Assembly: GCA_030390025.1 (NCBI GenBank)
Contig: CM059432.1
Coordinates: 133,426,001-133,490,000 of the forward strand
Length of the DNA: 64,000 nt
Direction: 5' to 3'
Origin: Squalus acanthias
Taxonomy: Eukaryota
Shown: piece by piece, positions 1-12,570 of the stretch
Layout of the letters: the number at the start of each line of letters is the position of its first letter
Position numbering within the stretch: the first letter of the stretch is position 1
Program-made: the position numbers and the translations under genes
The notes under the pieces: model-generated
Seen by the model: the letters and a program-made list of their open reading frames with translations, nothing else
What the model was told of the DNA's origin: nothing
The model's database searches: none

Positions 1-1
1 C

Positions 2-118
2 ACTCAGCAGCCTTCCACCAGCCCTGCTGCAGCCACTGGGGAGACATTACGTAGGAGCACTAGATTAGGAAAGGGGACTGTAAAGAGGGGAGGCAAGGGT
101 TTGCACAAGGGTGATTAG
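2..118 (+). CDS. C-terminal end of the Harbinger Myb/SANT-like partner protein (partial)
   Basis: Translates as TQQPSTSPAAATGETLRRSTRLGKGTVKRGGKGLHKGD*. This is homologous to the end of ORF 54523..55392 (TQQPSTSLAAATGATLRRSSRVGRGELQRGGKSLKKGE*). Confidence 0.8.
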   Translation, partial: TQQPSTSPAAATGETLRRSTRLGKGTVKRGGKGLHKGD

Positions 119-283
119 TCAATATTGTTATTGTATAAATGTGGTTAATGGTTTTTGATAAATGTATTACTGGAATGTTGCAGATTTGGTGCTGTGTCTC
201 ATTTCAGTTCTGGGGTGTGGTATGGAATCACAAAGTGATGGAATGATGGCGACATGCTCAGCAACCGGAAAGAGGAATCGAAG

Positions 284-1466
284 TTATGGGAACGAAGTCT
301 GATGAGGTGGTCATGGACCGACCTTGCAGAACTCCAATTGAGTGGCTACCTCCTCCATCCCTGCTGTTCGTCCTCCTCCTCCTGCTCCTCCTGCTCCTCT
401 TCTTCCTCCTCCTCATCCTCGTCCTCCTCTTCCTCCTCCTGAGGTGGTGCAGCTATGCCTGGTGGCAATGGCTGTGTCCTCATGATGGCCAAGTTGTGCA
501 GCATGCAGCAGACGATGACGAAAAGTGACACGCGCTCAGCCGAGTACTGGAGGGCTCCTCTCGAGTGGTCAAGGCAGCGGAACCGTTGCTTGAGCACTCC
601 GATGGTCTGCTCAATGATGTTCCTGGTGGAAGCATGGCTCTCATTATCTGAGTGCTGGCCAGGAGTGTTGGGGTTGGAGTCATGAGCCAGGTGGAGAGCG
701 GACAGCCCTTGTCTCCCAGCAGCCAGCCGCAAGCTTGATGTGGTGGCTGGAATAGAGCTGGCACACCGGTCTGGCACAGCATGCAGGCATCGTGGCTGCT
801 GCCAGGATAGCGGGCATTGACGGTCAGGATTCTCCCTGTGTGGTCTCACACCAACTGCACATTAAGTGAGTGGTAGTCTTTGCGGTTACGGAATACCTCA
901 GGATTGTTATGAGGTGCCCGCAAAGCGACGTTGGTGCAGTCAATGGCACCCTGCACCATGGGGAAGCCCGCTATCCTGGCAAAGCCACATGCATGCTTGC
1001 TCTGCTTCTCTCTGGTCATGGGGAAGGAAATGTAGTCCCTTCTCCTTCTGCACAGAGCATCTGTGACCTGGCGGATGGAGCAATGGACGGCAAACTGGGA
1101 GATGTTGGAGATGTCGCCTGTCGCACACTGGAATGATCCACTAGCATAGAAATTGAGGGCGGCGGTGACCTTGACTGCCACTGAGAGAGCCTTGGTGGTC
1201 CTGATCTGAGGCTCGAGGTCTGGCTGCTGGAGGTGGCAGAGCTCTGTGACCACATCCATGCTGAAGCGGAGCCTTCTAACACACTGGTCCTCAGTGAAAT
1301 TCATGTAGGAGAACTGCTGCCGGGATACCCTGGGTGGGTAAGGCCTCCTGTTGAGAGCCCTGTTGGCCCTCCTACCTCTGGCCACATTTTGCACTCTTTC
1401 TCTGTGCCTCAGTTGCCTCCGACGTTGATGCTGGAGGGCGAGGTCCAGTGCCAGTACAGCCCCCAT
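284..1466 (-). pseudogene. Harbinger (HARBI1-like) DDE transposase, disrupted
   Basis: Motifs [35 protein letters not shown] and CCMLHN plus an acidic tail. It is split over ORFs 846..1541, 480..782 and 346..849 by stops and a frameshift. Confidence 0.92.
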
Positions 1467-1963
1467 GAAAGGATACAAATATTGCACTTTCAAATCTCCC
1501 CTCAATGAAACTGAAGAATCTTTATGTGCCAGAACACTCATTAAAAAGCATAACGCTCAAATTGGTCAAAAGGCCTCTTTGCCTATGTGAAACTAACAAC
1601 GCAGCATTGTTGGCCGACAAAAACTAAACCGGATGTGGACGCCTTTAAATAGCGCTCCTCCAGCAGGCATCTGACTGAAAGCCGCCTCCTCTACCTGTCG
1701 TTGTTAATGGCAGGCGCACAAGCAGGGGGTGAGGGGGAATTTTTCATCCGGGGTGCTACCGGGGCACAGCGCACGGCAATGACGTCACGATCTCCAGGCG
1801 CAGGAGATCGGGGTGCAACATCTTACCGCCGCCACAAAAATCCCGCCGAAATTAGCGGAAGGCGTTGATATCGCCGTGCCCGGTCGCAAACCCATTTGCG
1901 CCCCATTAGCGCCCCTCGGAGGTTCTAACGGGAGGCGCAAAGGAGCCCAATTTCTAGCCCCTT

Positions 1964-2403
1964 GTGTCAGCTGTGGCTCAGTTAGTAGCACTCTTGCCAA
2001 TGGGTCATGATAAGGTGGTGGGTTCAAATCCCACTCCAGAGACTTGAGTACAAAAATCTAGGCTGACACTCCAGTGCAGTACCGAGGGCTTGCTGCACTG
2101 TCAGTGGTGCCGTCTTTCAGATGAAGCTCTGACTGCTCTCTCAGGTGGACGTAAAAGATCCCATGACGCTAATTTGAAGAGCAGGGGAGCTCTTCCCAGT
2201 GTCCTGGACAATATTTAACATTCAATCAACATCGCTAAAAAAACTGATTAGCTGGTCATTATCACATTGCTATTTGTGTGCAATTGGCTGCCGCGTTTCC
2301 CACATTGCAACAGTGACTACACTTCAAAAGTACTTAATTGGCTGTAAAGCGCTTTGGGACGTCCTGAGGTCGTGAAAGGCGCTACAGACATGCAAGTCTC
2401 TCT
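1964..2403 (+). mobile_element. tRNA-derived Deu-domain SINE (SacSINE1-like)
   Basis: A/B-box head (TGGCTCAGTTAG, GGTTCAAATCC), a central GGTGGACGTAAAAGATCCCATG domain and an L2-like tail. Several copies occur in the window. Confidence 0.8.
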
Positions 2404-2807
2404 TGGATGTTCCGTAGAACGCTTGCAAGGTCCATGGAACTAAGACTTATTTCGGTTTTTGATGCTTGTTAGACGGCAGCAAGGGGACATCCTCAGATCT
2501 GATGTCCTGTCATTAGCGACTGTGGAGGTGTGCTAATCCATATTGGAACCTTGGATAAAATTCTGATGGGGATTGACAGAGTTAATCCAGGAAAATTGTT
2601 CACTATAGTGAAGGGTTCAAACCCCAGGAGCCTCAGTTAAAAGCAATGAAGTTAGGAGTAGGAATGGAAGCCAAGCAGAACTTTTTCACCCAAAGGGTAA
2701 TAGAGTTGTGGAATAATTACCTGGGGAAGCCTTTGAAAGGGGCATCTTACCTGGATTCAAGAGGCAATTGGATGTGTACCTGGGGAAAGAATGGATGGAG
2801 GTATATG

Positions 2808-3437
2808 GGGCCCAAAATTCCTCGGTTCGCAGTTCGGGCAATCATGCTTGGATTGAGCCTACCAGGCAGTTCCTGAGCCAATCCTACTGGAGCATGTATG
2901 GTCAATGGGAGGCACCCTGCGCTACTGAGGGCACACCTTTGGCACCTGCCTCCCCACACAGACTGGAGTTCCACACTTGTTGCTGAGTTCCCCTACCCAG
3001 AAAGGAGAATAATTACGACCCTAGGCCCCTTTTGTAGGGTGGGCCAAAACCAACAGTATTTAAAAAGAAATCATTTTTCTTTCTTCCGGGGTTCTGGCTA
3101 TGACCCAGACCTGGACCCTCAGGCGGGGCTCATTCCTGCTGATCTCCAGGTTGGTGCTCTTCTTTCTTCTCGGTGTACCAGCCTCTGAAGATGCGTCTCT
3201 GAGAAGCCGAGGGGGCAAGCTTTCCCAGGGTAGGGAGTCTGTGCCCTCAACACCAGCCCTTACGCATTAGTGACCTTGTTTGGGGTGGGCAGAGGCTTCT
3301 CCTCAAATAAGGCTCACAGAATCTCAGACACAAGTCTGAGACTTGATATATCCAAGTTCTGGTGGAACTTGTGACCTTTCTGCTCCCACCAAAGATACAA
3401 TGGGAGTTCGGTGGAGCATACAAGCAATTTCAAGTCC
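2808..3437. mobile_element. Degenerate Harbinger-type MITE inside a CR1 3' fragment (about 2550-3536)
   Basis: Imperfect TIRs GGGCCCAAAATT / AATTTCAAGTCC with ATG on both sides. The CR1 tail resumes at about 3440. Confidence 0.5.
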
Positions 3438-4416
3438 ATGGTGAGAAGGTGGGTAGGTGGTTGATCTCTCAAAAGGGGATGGGCTTGTTGGACCGAATAG
3501 CTTTTCCCTATTCCTAGCCTTGCTTATGTTCTTATGACAACTAAAATGGTTTTTATGTTTGCTGGCTTCGTACTACAGTACTTTCAAACTGATACCAGAG
3601 GGAAAACAAACCCTTGAAGGAACAGTTTTCATGCCGGTGTGTCTTCTGCAGATTTACAATATCAAATTCAGACTGCAAGATATTGCCACATTTCAAAGTG
3701 TCTTTACTCCCTTCTATGATTTACCCCACTTCCCGTCCCCACTGCGTGCTACATACTTTTACCAAGAGCATAGACAGAAAGCCAGGTCCTAGGTTCTTGC
3801 CGCTGTTGCTATTCAATTGACAAGCGTTTGAGAGAAGCTAAAACTAGCCTGCCCACTTGTTTTCCATTCCAACCCTGTGCAAAAATGAGATGGCTGAGAT
3901 TGAGAACGGACCATGTGGAGAATTGCAAGAGCAATTGCACAGCCCTCTGATGCTGCTGTCCAGTGTGCAGGGTTTCTTTTCTCTCTTGCTCAGAATACAG
4001 TAGGGTAGGGATCAAGCGAGACACTGTAGTTATTTACTAATTTTAAAGAATTTAATTTGACATACAACGCAACAGTTTTTACCAGAAAAAAAGTAGTAAC
4101 TTTTTATACAACCTTTTTCTAGCGAGTACAACTCAGGGCAAAGAATTGATCAAGTTCTCTGCCTTGGGAGAAAAGGAAGGTTCTTCTCCTACAACACCTT
4201 GTCCGGACGTCGCATTGTAGTTCCCCTGAAAACCCTTGTAGAATGGGGTCTTTTATGTGGTGTTCTTTCCAATCTGCTGCTTGATCGCCATACATTATTT
4301 AAACACCAAATAATCTCTAATCAGTTTACATGCCTTGCTTCCTTTTCTCTGCATTGGTTCTCATCAGTTACTCAGGTTTTATAGCTTATGAAGGCTCCAT
4401 TCAGTATTGCTGACAC

Positions 4417-6338
4417 ATAAGAACTTAAGAAATAGGAGCAGGAGTAGGCTATGCGGCCCCTCGAGCCTGCTCCGCCATTCAATAAGATCATGGCTGATCT
4501 TCTACATTAACTCCACTTTCCCGTCAATCCCCACATCCCTTGATTCTCCTAGAGTCCAAAAATCTATCAATCTCTGTCTTGAATATATTCAACGACTGAG
4601 CCTCTGGGATAGAGAATTCCAAAGATTCACAACCCTCTGAGTGAAGACATTTCTCCTCATCTCAGTCCTGTTGTAATCTACCAAAATTCCCTGGATCCTG
4701 GATTCTGGAGAGGTCCCAGCGGACTGGAAAACCGCAAATGTAACGCCCCTATTTAAGAAAGGAGGGAGACAGAAAGCAGGCAACGATCAACCAGTTAGCC
4801 TAACATCTGTCATTGGGAAAATGCTGGAGTCCATCATTAAGGAAGTGGTCGCAGGACATTTAGAAAATCATAATATAGTCAAGCAGTTAGCATGGTTTTA
4901 TGAAAGGGAAATCATGTTTGACAAATTTGCTGGAATTCTTTGAGGAGGGTGGATAAAGGGGAACCTGTAGATGTCGTGTATTTGGATTTCCAGAAGGCAT
5001 TCGATAAGGTGCCACATAAAAGGTTACTGCACAAGATAAGAGCTCACAGGGTTGGGGGTAATATATTAGCACGGATAGAGAATTGGCTAACAAACAGAAA
5101 ACAGAGAGTCGGGATAAATGGGTCATTTTCAGGTTGGCAAACTGTAACTAATGGGGTGCCGCAGGGATCAGTGTTGGGGCCTCAACTATTTACAATCTAT
5201 ATTAATGACTTGGGTGAAGGGACTGAGTGTAATGTAACCATATTTGCTGATGTTACAATGATAGGTGGGAAAGCAAATTGTGTGGAGGATGCAAAGAATC
5301 TCCAAAGGGATATAGATAGGCTAAGTAAGTGGGCAAAAAATCTGGCAGATGGAGTTTAATGTGGGAAAATGCAAGGTTATCCACTTTGGTAGGAAAAATT
5401 AAAAAGCAAATTATTATTTAAATGGGGAGAGATTACAAAATGCTGAGGTACAGAGGGATCTGGGGGTCCTTGTACATGAATCACAAAAAGTTAGCATGCA
5501 GGTACAGCAAGTAATTAGGAAGGCAAATGGAATCTTGGCCTTTATTGCAAAGGGAATGGAATATAAAAGTAAGGAAGTCCTGTTACAACTGTACAGGGCG
5601 TTGGTGAGACCACACCTGGAGTACTGCATACAGTTTTGGTCTCCTTATTTAAGGAAGGATATACTTGCATTGGAGGCAGTTCAGAGAAGGTTCACGAGGT
5701 TGATACCGGAGATGAAGGGGTTGTCTTATGAAGAAAGGTTGAGCAAGTTGGGCCTATACTCATTGGAGTTTAGAAGAATGAGAGGGGATCTTATTGAAAT
5801 GTATAAGCTTCTGAAGGGGCTTGACAGGGTGGATACAGAGAGGATGTTTTCCCTCGTGGGGGAATCTAGGACTAGGGGGCATAATTTCAGAATAAGGGGG
5901 CACCCTTTTAAATCGGAAATGAGGAGGAATTTCTTCTCTCAGAGGGTCATGAATCTTTGGAATTCTCTTCCCCAGAGAGCTGTGGAGGCTGGGTCATTGA
6001 ATATATTTAAGGTGGAGATAGACAGATTTTTGAAAGGTAAGAGAGTCAAGGGTTATGGGGAGCGGGCAGGGAAGTAGAGTTGAGGCCAAGATCAGATCAG
6101 CCATAATCTTATTGAATGGCGGAGCAGGCTTGAGGGGCCAAATGACCTACTCCTGCTCTTACATCTTATGTTCTTATGTCCTAAATGACCTACCTCTTAT
6201 CCCTAGACTATGACCCCCTAGTTTTAGCCCCTCCAGCCAGGGGAAACAGCCTCTCGGCATCTACCCTGTCAAGCCCTCTAAGAATTTTATACATTTCAAT
6301 GAGATCACTTCTCATTCTTCTAAACTCCAGAGAATAGA
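4417..6338 (-). mobile_element. CR1 LINE 3' fragment (-) split by a second CR1 insertion
   Basis: The tail (CATAAGAA)n starts at 4417. The sequence breaks at about 4668 and resumes at about 6181, with GTCCT at both junctions. Confidence 0.7.
4700..6180 (+). mobile_element. 5'-truncated CR1 LINE, RT C-terminal half
   Basis: ORFs contain LDFQKAFDKVPH, GVPQGSVLGP, FAD and LVRPHLEY. The element ends in (TTCTTATG)n. Confidence 0.93.
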
Positions 6339-7374
6339 CACATATATGTTTCTTTCCCCAAACATCCTGGGCAATAAGCAACGACCATCGTGCACCCTGA
6401 TTTTCGTCAAGCTGACAATTTTGTGTTCTTTTACCAAGAAATCGAGGGTTTCAAATCCTTCAAAACAAGTGTCAAAAGTCCACAATGAAAAGTCTAAAAT
6501 CCTTCAGTTGTCCATGGTGAAGAACATGAACTCATTGGCGTGAACAAATGGTGTATCTGTGATTTGCTTTGCACATCTCTGCACGGCTGACTAGTTGTTA
6601 TACACAATGTCCCCAGTGGCAGTCTGAAGTGGCCCCAAAGCATAAATCTCAGTGTGGCTGTGACTTATTTAGTCACTGGCAGTGCCATGCCCATGGTGGA
6701 GTTTGGCTGCAGGGTTGCACCCAGCAACCCTGAACATCTAGCTTTTGTGGGAGAGGGGCAAAACCAGCAGCAGTCAGTGTTAAAATAAGGAATGCTCTCA
6801 TTGAACGCCAGTGGGACCAACACAGCGATCATTTTGGTTTTACAGAGAGATTCAAATGTCGGGCTTTATTGCGCTGTTTCTACCCTGCGGGTAATTCCAT
6901 TAGAATGGAGCAGCTAAGAAGTACTTCTGTTAGAATGCAACTTCCCTTCCTATTTAAATTATCACATATAATAATGAACGAGATATGATTGACAAACTCA
7001 GCGCAGAAAGGGACTGACATAGCATCGGGGGAACTTGTCTCAAAAGTGAGACCAATTAGATTTTAATTAGAAAAGGACCCAGTAGAGATTATTACGGTGT
7101 GGTAGTAAGCGTGGAAATGAAAAGGCAGATCAGTTAATGTTAAGACAAATTCACACCTCATCAGTGTGAAGTCATCTCAAACTAGTTTAATGACATGACT
7201 CTCCTGAATACAGACCAGATTTTAATACCACTTGCAGGCTAGAAGCTCCTTCTATTGTTCTGCCATGTTGATATGTAAACTGGGGACACTGCAAAGCCAG
7301 TCGCATCTTCAAACGCAAACAATATCTTAAACTGTTCCCAAGAAAGACTGGACATTTAGCAAGACTAAAACATA

Positions 7375-7716
7375 AATCCCTCCATGGCCTCGCCCCACCC
7401 TATCTCTGTAACCTCCTCCAGCCCTACAACCCTTCGAGATCTCTTCTCTCCTCCTCCAGCCCTACAACCCTTCGAGATCTCTGCTCTCCTCCAATTCTGG
7501 CCTCTTGCGCATCCCCGATTTCCTTTGCTGCACTATTGGCAGCCGTGCCGTCAGCTGACTAGGCCCTAAGCATTGGAATTCCCTCCCTAAACCTCTCCGC
7601 CTCTCTACCTCTCTCTCCTCCTTTAAGACGCTCCTTAAAACCTACCTCTTTGACCAAGCTTTTAGTCACCTGTCCTAATATCTCACGTGGCTCAGTGTCA
7701 AATTTTGTTTGATAAC
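7375..7716 (+). mobile_element. L2 LINE 3' end (continues at 10257-10331)
   Basis: Matches the L2 3' ends at 60110-60484 and 16260-16720. It is interrupted at GATAAC by the LTR element. Confidence 0.8.
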
Positions 7717-8098
7717 TGTAATGTATTATCACATGGTTTGGTATGAGCATGCTCAGTTCGCTCTGGCCTAATAAAGCAAGCATATGGACTAGCAACTCAT
7801 CGTGCCTCTGTCCTTCATTTGTTTTACCCACATATATTACATTTTGGCAATGAGGATGGGATCCCAAAGCCATTTTTAGGGATCCTTTTAAGGACACAGT
7901 GTTCAACCTTCGAATAGACAAGTTTAAGGTGAATTTGTGACACCTAACCTGAAATTTTGCGATGTTTTACTGTTAATGCTCATACAGAATCGTCTGTGCT
8001 TCGCCTTCGTGTGTATGTATACACAGCAACAGCGGCGTTGATTCTCACATGTACACAGGTAGCGTGCTGAGTCACTATTCGACGGGATCGGGACAATC

Positions 8099-9267
8099 AT
8101 GGCCACGCCTACGGGATTCATCGGAAGCCTTGACATGTATGACCGAGCCTGCGAACCATTCAGTTCTTACATTGAGCGGATGGAGATGTTTTTTAGGGCC
8201 AATAACATTATTGAGATCGAAGGTGCAGATGAGAATGTTCAAGCTCAAAGTAAAGTAATTTGTGAATGAAAGAAAACAATTTTTTAACGGAGATCGGGCC
8301 AGATGTCTTCAGAACGCTGACAAACCTACTCGCGCCAGGGAAAGCGAAGGATGCATCGTTTGAAGACATTGTCAAGAAACTCAAGGACCATTTCGATCCA
8401 AAGCCATTAGAAATAGCGGAGAGCTATAAGTTTGGTACCAGAAACCAAAAACAAAGTGAAACCATCAGTGAGTACATTGTAACTCTTAAGAACCCATCTT
8501 TGCATTGTAACTTCGGCACATTTTTGGATTGTGTGTTGCAAGATAAGTTTGTGTGTGGACTGGTGGATGAGCGCACACTGTCCAAGTTACTGAACACTCC
8601 CAACCTAACATTTGATGTAGCATGCAAAATTGCCCTATCTATGGAGATGGCATCTAAGAATGCTCGGGAGCTCCATCCAACTCAAGTGACTAATGTAGCT
8701 GAGGTCTACAGTCACAAAGCCACCACCAAACCTAAAGCTGTTAGACTGAGTCAAAAGCATGTCGGTGAGAGCAGTTCAGTGAATTGTTAGCGCTGCAATG
8801 GAAATCGCTCACCACAGTCCTGCCAATACAGAAATGCGAAGTGTTTTCACTGCCAGAAGCAAGGCCATATTTCAACAACTTGCAGAGCTAGATCTGAAGC
8901 AGTCCCCCTGGCAAGTCGAGTTCACACAAGTGGGATGTAGGAACCATAGTAGTGTTTGGTGGAACAAAGAGATATTTGGTTGAAATTGGTGACAAAATCC
9001 AAAGTGTTCATGTAGATCAAATGATCTCTGCTAGAGATGAACCAAGACATGATCGTGAACCACTTGATCATGAACACATACATGAGTTTGACTCAGTTCA
9101 GACTTCAGTAACTGAAGTACCAGGTTCAAACAAGTCTGAGATAGAAACAGGATCATTTTTGAGTTCGGAACCACAACAAAACAGCTCGAAAATTGGTTCA
9201 ACACCAAAATCTTCTGTAAGGAGATAAGGAAGGCTCCACAAACCTGTTATTAAACTGGATTTGTAAA
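8099..9267 (+). pseudogene. Gypsy gag with CCHC knuckle, fused to the extreme C-terminus of pol
   Basis: Reads MATPTGFIGSL..YIERMEMFFRAN..LKDHFDPKPLEIAESYKF..QDKFVCGL..CFHCQKQGHISTTC, then YLVEIG..VHVDQM..KPVIKLDL*. Stops and frameshifts are present; no PR, RT, RH or IN core is seen. Confidence 0.8.
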
Positions 9268-9389
9268 GAACAAAGCCAGGAGTCTTTGTTATGTGGCACA
9301 TATAATGCTGGGAAAGGTGGGACCATAGGTTTGTTGTATTTGAGAGGGGAATACATACACTTTTTTTTAAGGAGGAAAGCAGTGTAATT

Positions 9390-10149
9390 GGCCCAGAAAT
9401 TCCATTTGCAGCCCTCCCGCGGGCGTAGGGCTGCGATCCGGAAAGATCTGCGCCTGGACTGGGGGGCTCCCAGGAGGCGCAGAATTCCGTTGCTGTGCCT
9501 CTCCAAACTGCCGGTGTGCAGGGCACGCGTATCCCAGGGGCGCAGGTGGATCGCAGCGTCCCTGGGATCACGTGGGCCATGGGGAGCCAATCAGAGCAGG
9601 GAATCTCCATTCATAGATTTGACAGGAAGACCTGTCAAATCTATGAATAGAGATCAGCCCCAAAACATAAGTAAAACTTCAAATACATTTTTTTTTTAAA
9701 ATCACATTTTTAAAATGACTATAAATTACATAAATTAACTATTTTAAACAAAAATTTAATTTTTGAAAAAAATAATTTAAGTTTTTAACGGGGCTAAAAA
9801 TAAACTTACCTTTCTTTAAAGTATTTTAAAATGATAAATCAGTGGAAATTTTTTTTTTTTTAACTTTCTTAAACTATTAGCCTGCTAAAAGCAGGCCTTG
9901 CGCCTGCTTTTCTAGGCACAGCTGTTCCTGACTTACCTGGACTCAAGCCAGTGTGGAAAAAAATGGAAGTTTCTAATGTACGCGTTGCCTATCCGGCGCA
10001 GGCGTTTGTCCAGTCAAGCCCTTTCTGCAGAGAACGGAAGTGCCGGTTTCCAGCGCATGCGCAGTGCATGCGTAAAACCGGCACTTCCCTTGGCCCTACG
10101 GGTGAGTACACAGCGTGTACACACCCGAAGGGAACGGAATTTCTAGGCC
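9390..10149 (+). mobile_element. Hairpin-rich Harbinger-type MITE (family A, copy 1)
   Basis: TIRs GGCCCAGAAATTCC / GGAATTTCTAGGCC, a 3-bp TSD ATT, an AT-rich core and multiple internal palindromes. Confidence 0.85.
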
Positions 10150-10479
10150 ATTATCACGTGGTTTGGTATGAGCATGCTCAGTTCACTCTGGCCTAATAAA
10201 GCAAGCACATGGACTAGCAACTCTGTCCTTCATTTGTACAACCCACATATATTACAATAGCGCTCCTGTGAAGCATCGTAGGACATTTTGCTACGTTAAA
10301 GACGCAATATAAACGCAAGTTGTTATTGTTGCAAAACATTTTAAATTTCCTCTGTGTTGCGGTAACTACTTTACATGGACGTCAATGTTGCAGTGAGTGT
10401 CTCGATATTTTACTGAAGAAGGATGAGCTGCAGGAGAAGTGTCTTAATACTGCGGTTTATTGTAACAAAGATGGACAGA

Positions 10480-11090
10480 GGTTCTCTAGCGGATTCTAGT
10501 GGTCATCAGCAGCTGCACTTGAATGATGGATAATATTGAAAAGAGAAGATCCACATGGGTAAATATTTTTGTTCTCGGAATCAGGAGAACAAGCGGGAGA
10601 ACCCCCGCAGAAATTCACCTCAATGATTACCAGATTAGTCAGCCACACCTATCAAGAATGCTTAGCATGTTGACCATGTACAATGGTCTCTCCCTCATAC
10701 AGTGTTGAAGTGCATTAAATGGCATACCATCAATGTCTATGAGATACTTCAGGGCCTTTGTACCACTGGCCTTCACCTGGAAATGCTCCTTCAGTCTCAT
10801 CCTTACATGCATTCACCTCATTAAAACATCTCAGTTGAGTGTTGCATTCACTTGTCATCACATCCATCATGGGCTATATATTGATTCCTAGGTTTTACTG
10901 CAGTCCATGCTTCCTGAAGTTGATTTATCACTTCTGGCTTTCCATCAGTGCCTAATGAGGTCAGCTACAGGTGGAAGTCCCCTGAACCTGAGACTTTTAA
11001 CTCCCTATGAGGAGGAAGCACTGCCTATCCTGGGGATGATGGCCACTGAGGGTGTTAGAGATGTGGAAATAGAAGTGTGCCAGCTAAAGA
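10480..11090 (+). pseudogene. Highly decayed Harbinger Myb/SANT partner-gene remnant
   Basis: ATGGSPLNLRLLTPYEEEALPILG resembles exon 2 of the partner gene at 55795-55953 (RTGGGEADLHPLTDLEERV). Confidence 0.4.
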
Positions 11091-11929
11091 TTTGTTCTGG
11101 CATTCTGCTTGCCTTCCCACTGAGTTCCTCATTAGCTGTCAGTGATCCATATCATGAAACCGTCACCTCACTCCTACTGAAAGTGCTATTTGTGATCAGC
11201 TCCTCAGGAAACCATTCAAGTTCACTTAATTGGTAGTCAAAGATTTCATACTTCAACCTCTCTCTCCAAAAACACATAGGCCCCGAAAATCCTCGCCTCT
11301 GCTGCAGCGAGTGTAAGTGTGGTGGAGCTGTCCCTGCTGACTTTCACTCCTGACCCTGCCGGACTAACCAGGGTTAGCTTTAGGGTGAGGTCATCGCAGT
11401 TAAATATTTTCGGTGGACGCACGCACTTGTCTGGATGCATCTTGGGCACCTGCTAGAAGATTGGGTGGGAAATGGGGTGCCAGATTGTTGCAGTGGCAGG
11501 GGTGGGGGTGGGGGGTGGGGTGGCGGGGGCTACCATTAAACCCACACCAAAGATTTCAGCTCCACCTGTGATCGGCCTCATCTTGCAAGTCGGCTGATCA
11601 AAAAAGTCAGTCAATTCTGAAAGTTCTGCTCACCTCAAGCCTCTTTGAAACAGGCTGCACAGCTGATCAGTCAGCTCCTGAAGGAGAAGTGACAGGTTCA
11701 TGTTTTAGAAATGACCCTTTATCAATTCTATTACATTGTCAGCTCAGAAACAAGACATTCGGCCCAACAGGTCCATGCTGGTGTTTATGCTCCACACGAG
11801 CTCCACACAAATTCTGATGGAAGGTCACACCTGAAATGTTACTCTATCTCTCTCTTTCGGATTTGGCTGGCCTGCTGTTTTTTCTGCTTTTATTCCACAT
11901 AAAAATCATTCGGTCACCTTTACATAGAA

Positions 11930-12570
11930 TTGTACAGCATTGATACAGGCCATTCAGCCCAATAGGTCTATGCAAGTGTTTATGCTGCAAACAAGCCTCC
12001 TCCCACCTTACTTCATCTCACCCTATCACCATATCGTTCTATGCCTTTCTCCCTCAGGTGTTTATCTAGCTTCCCCTTAAATGCATCTATGCTACTCGCC
12101 TCAAAGAAAGAAAGACTTGTATTTCTACAGCGTCTTTCGCAATCTCAGGACGCCCAAAGCACTTTACAGCCAATGAAGTACTTTTGAAGTGGAGTCACTG
12201 TTGTAATGCGGGAAACACAGCAACCAATTTGCGCCCAGCAAACTCCCACAAACAGCGAGGTTACAATGAACCCACAACCTTCTGAATCGGAGGCGAGAGT
12301 GCTACCAACTGAGCCACGGCTGACACTACTCCCTGTGATAGCAAGTTCCACATTCTCACCACTCTCTGAGTAAAGAAGTTTCTCCTGAATTCCTTATTGG
12401 ATTTATTATTGATTATCTTATATTTATGGCCCCCAGTTTTGGACTCCCCACAAGTGGAAACATCTTCTCTACTGCCACACTAACAAACTACTTCATCATT
12501 TTAAAGACCTCTATCAGGTCACCTCTCAGGTTTCTCATTTCTAGGCTAAAGAGCCCCAGCCTGTTCGGTC
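11930..12570 (-). mobile_element. CR1 3' fragment with an internally deleted Deu-SINE inserted at about 12104-12325
   Basis: A CR1 tail (CATAGAA..CAGGCCATTCAGCCC) is interrupted by a reverse-oriented SINE tail and head. Confidence 0.65.

Larger units (their letters stand above)
1..1961 (-). mobile_element. PIF/Harbinger DNA transposon, copy 1 (cut by the window start)
   Basis: It holds a HARBI1-like transposase (-) converging on the C-terminus of a partner gene (+). The terminus AATTTCTAGCCCC at 1949-1961 reverse-complements to GGGGCTAGAAATTGGG..GCGCCTCCCGTTAG, which matches the termini at 35399 and 52279. Confidence 0.9.
7717..10256 (+). mobile_element. Non-autonomous Gypsy-type LTR retrotransposon with very short LTRs
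   Basis: The 5' LTR is 7717-7841 (TGTAAT...ATTACA), followed by a PBS-like TGGCAATGAGG. A polypurine tract AAGGAGGAAAG lies at about 9369. The 3' LTR is 9383-10256 and is split by a MITE. The TSD is ATAAC/ATAGC. Confidence 0.88.

Noticed and set aside
254..528. Poly-Ser and poly-Leu ORFs on the + strand (similar ones at 53253-53637)
   Set aside because: These are shadow frames of the GAG-rich acidic tail of the Harbinger transposase.
284..1466. Domesticated host HARBI1 or NAIF1 gene
   Set aside because: Two disrupted copies occur with TIRs and a convergent partner gene, which indicates transposons rather than the domesticated genes.
9931..9941. U1 snRNA 5' end (ACTTACCTGG)
   Set aside because: No further U1 sequence follows; it is better read as a reverse-strand splice-donor motif within a MITE.
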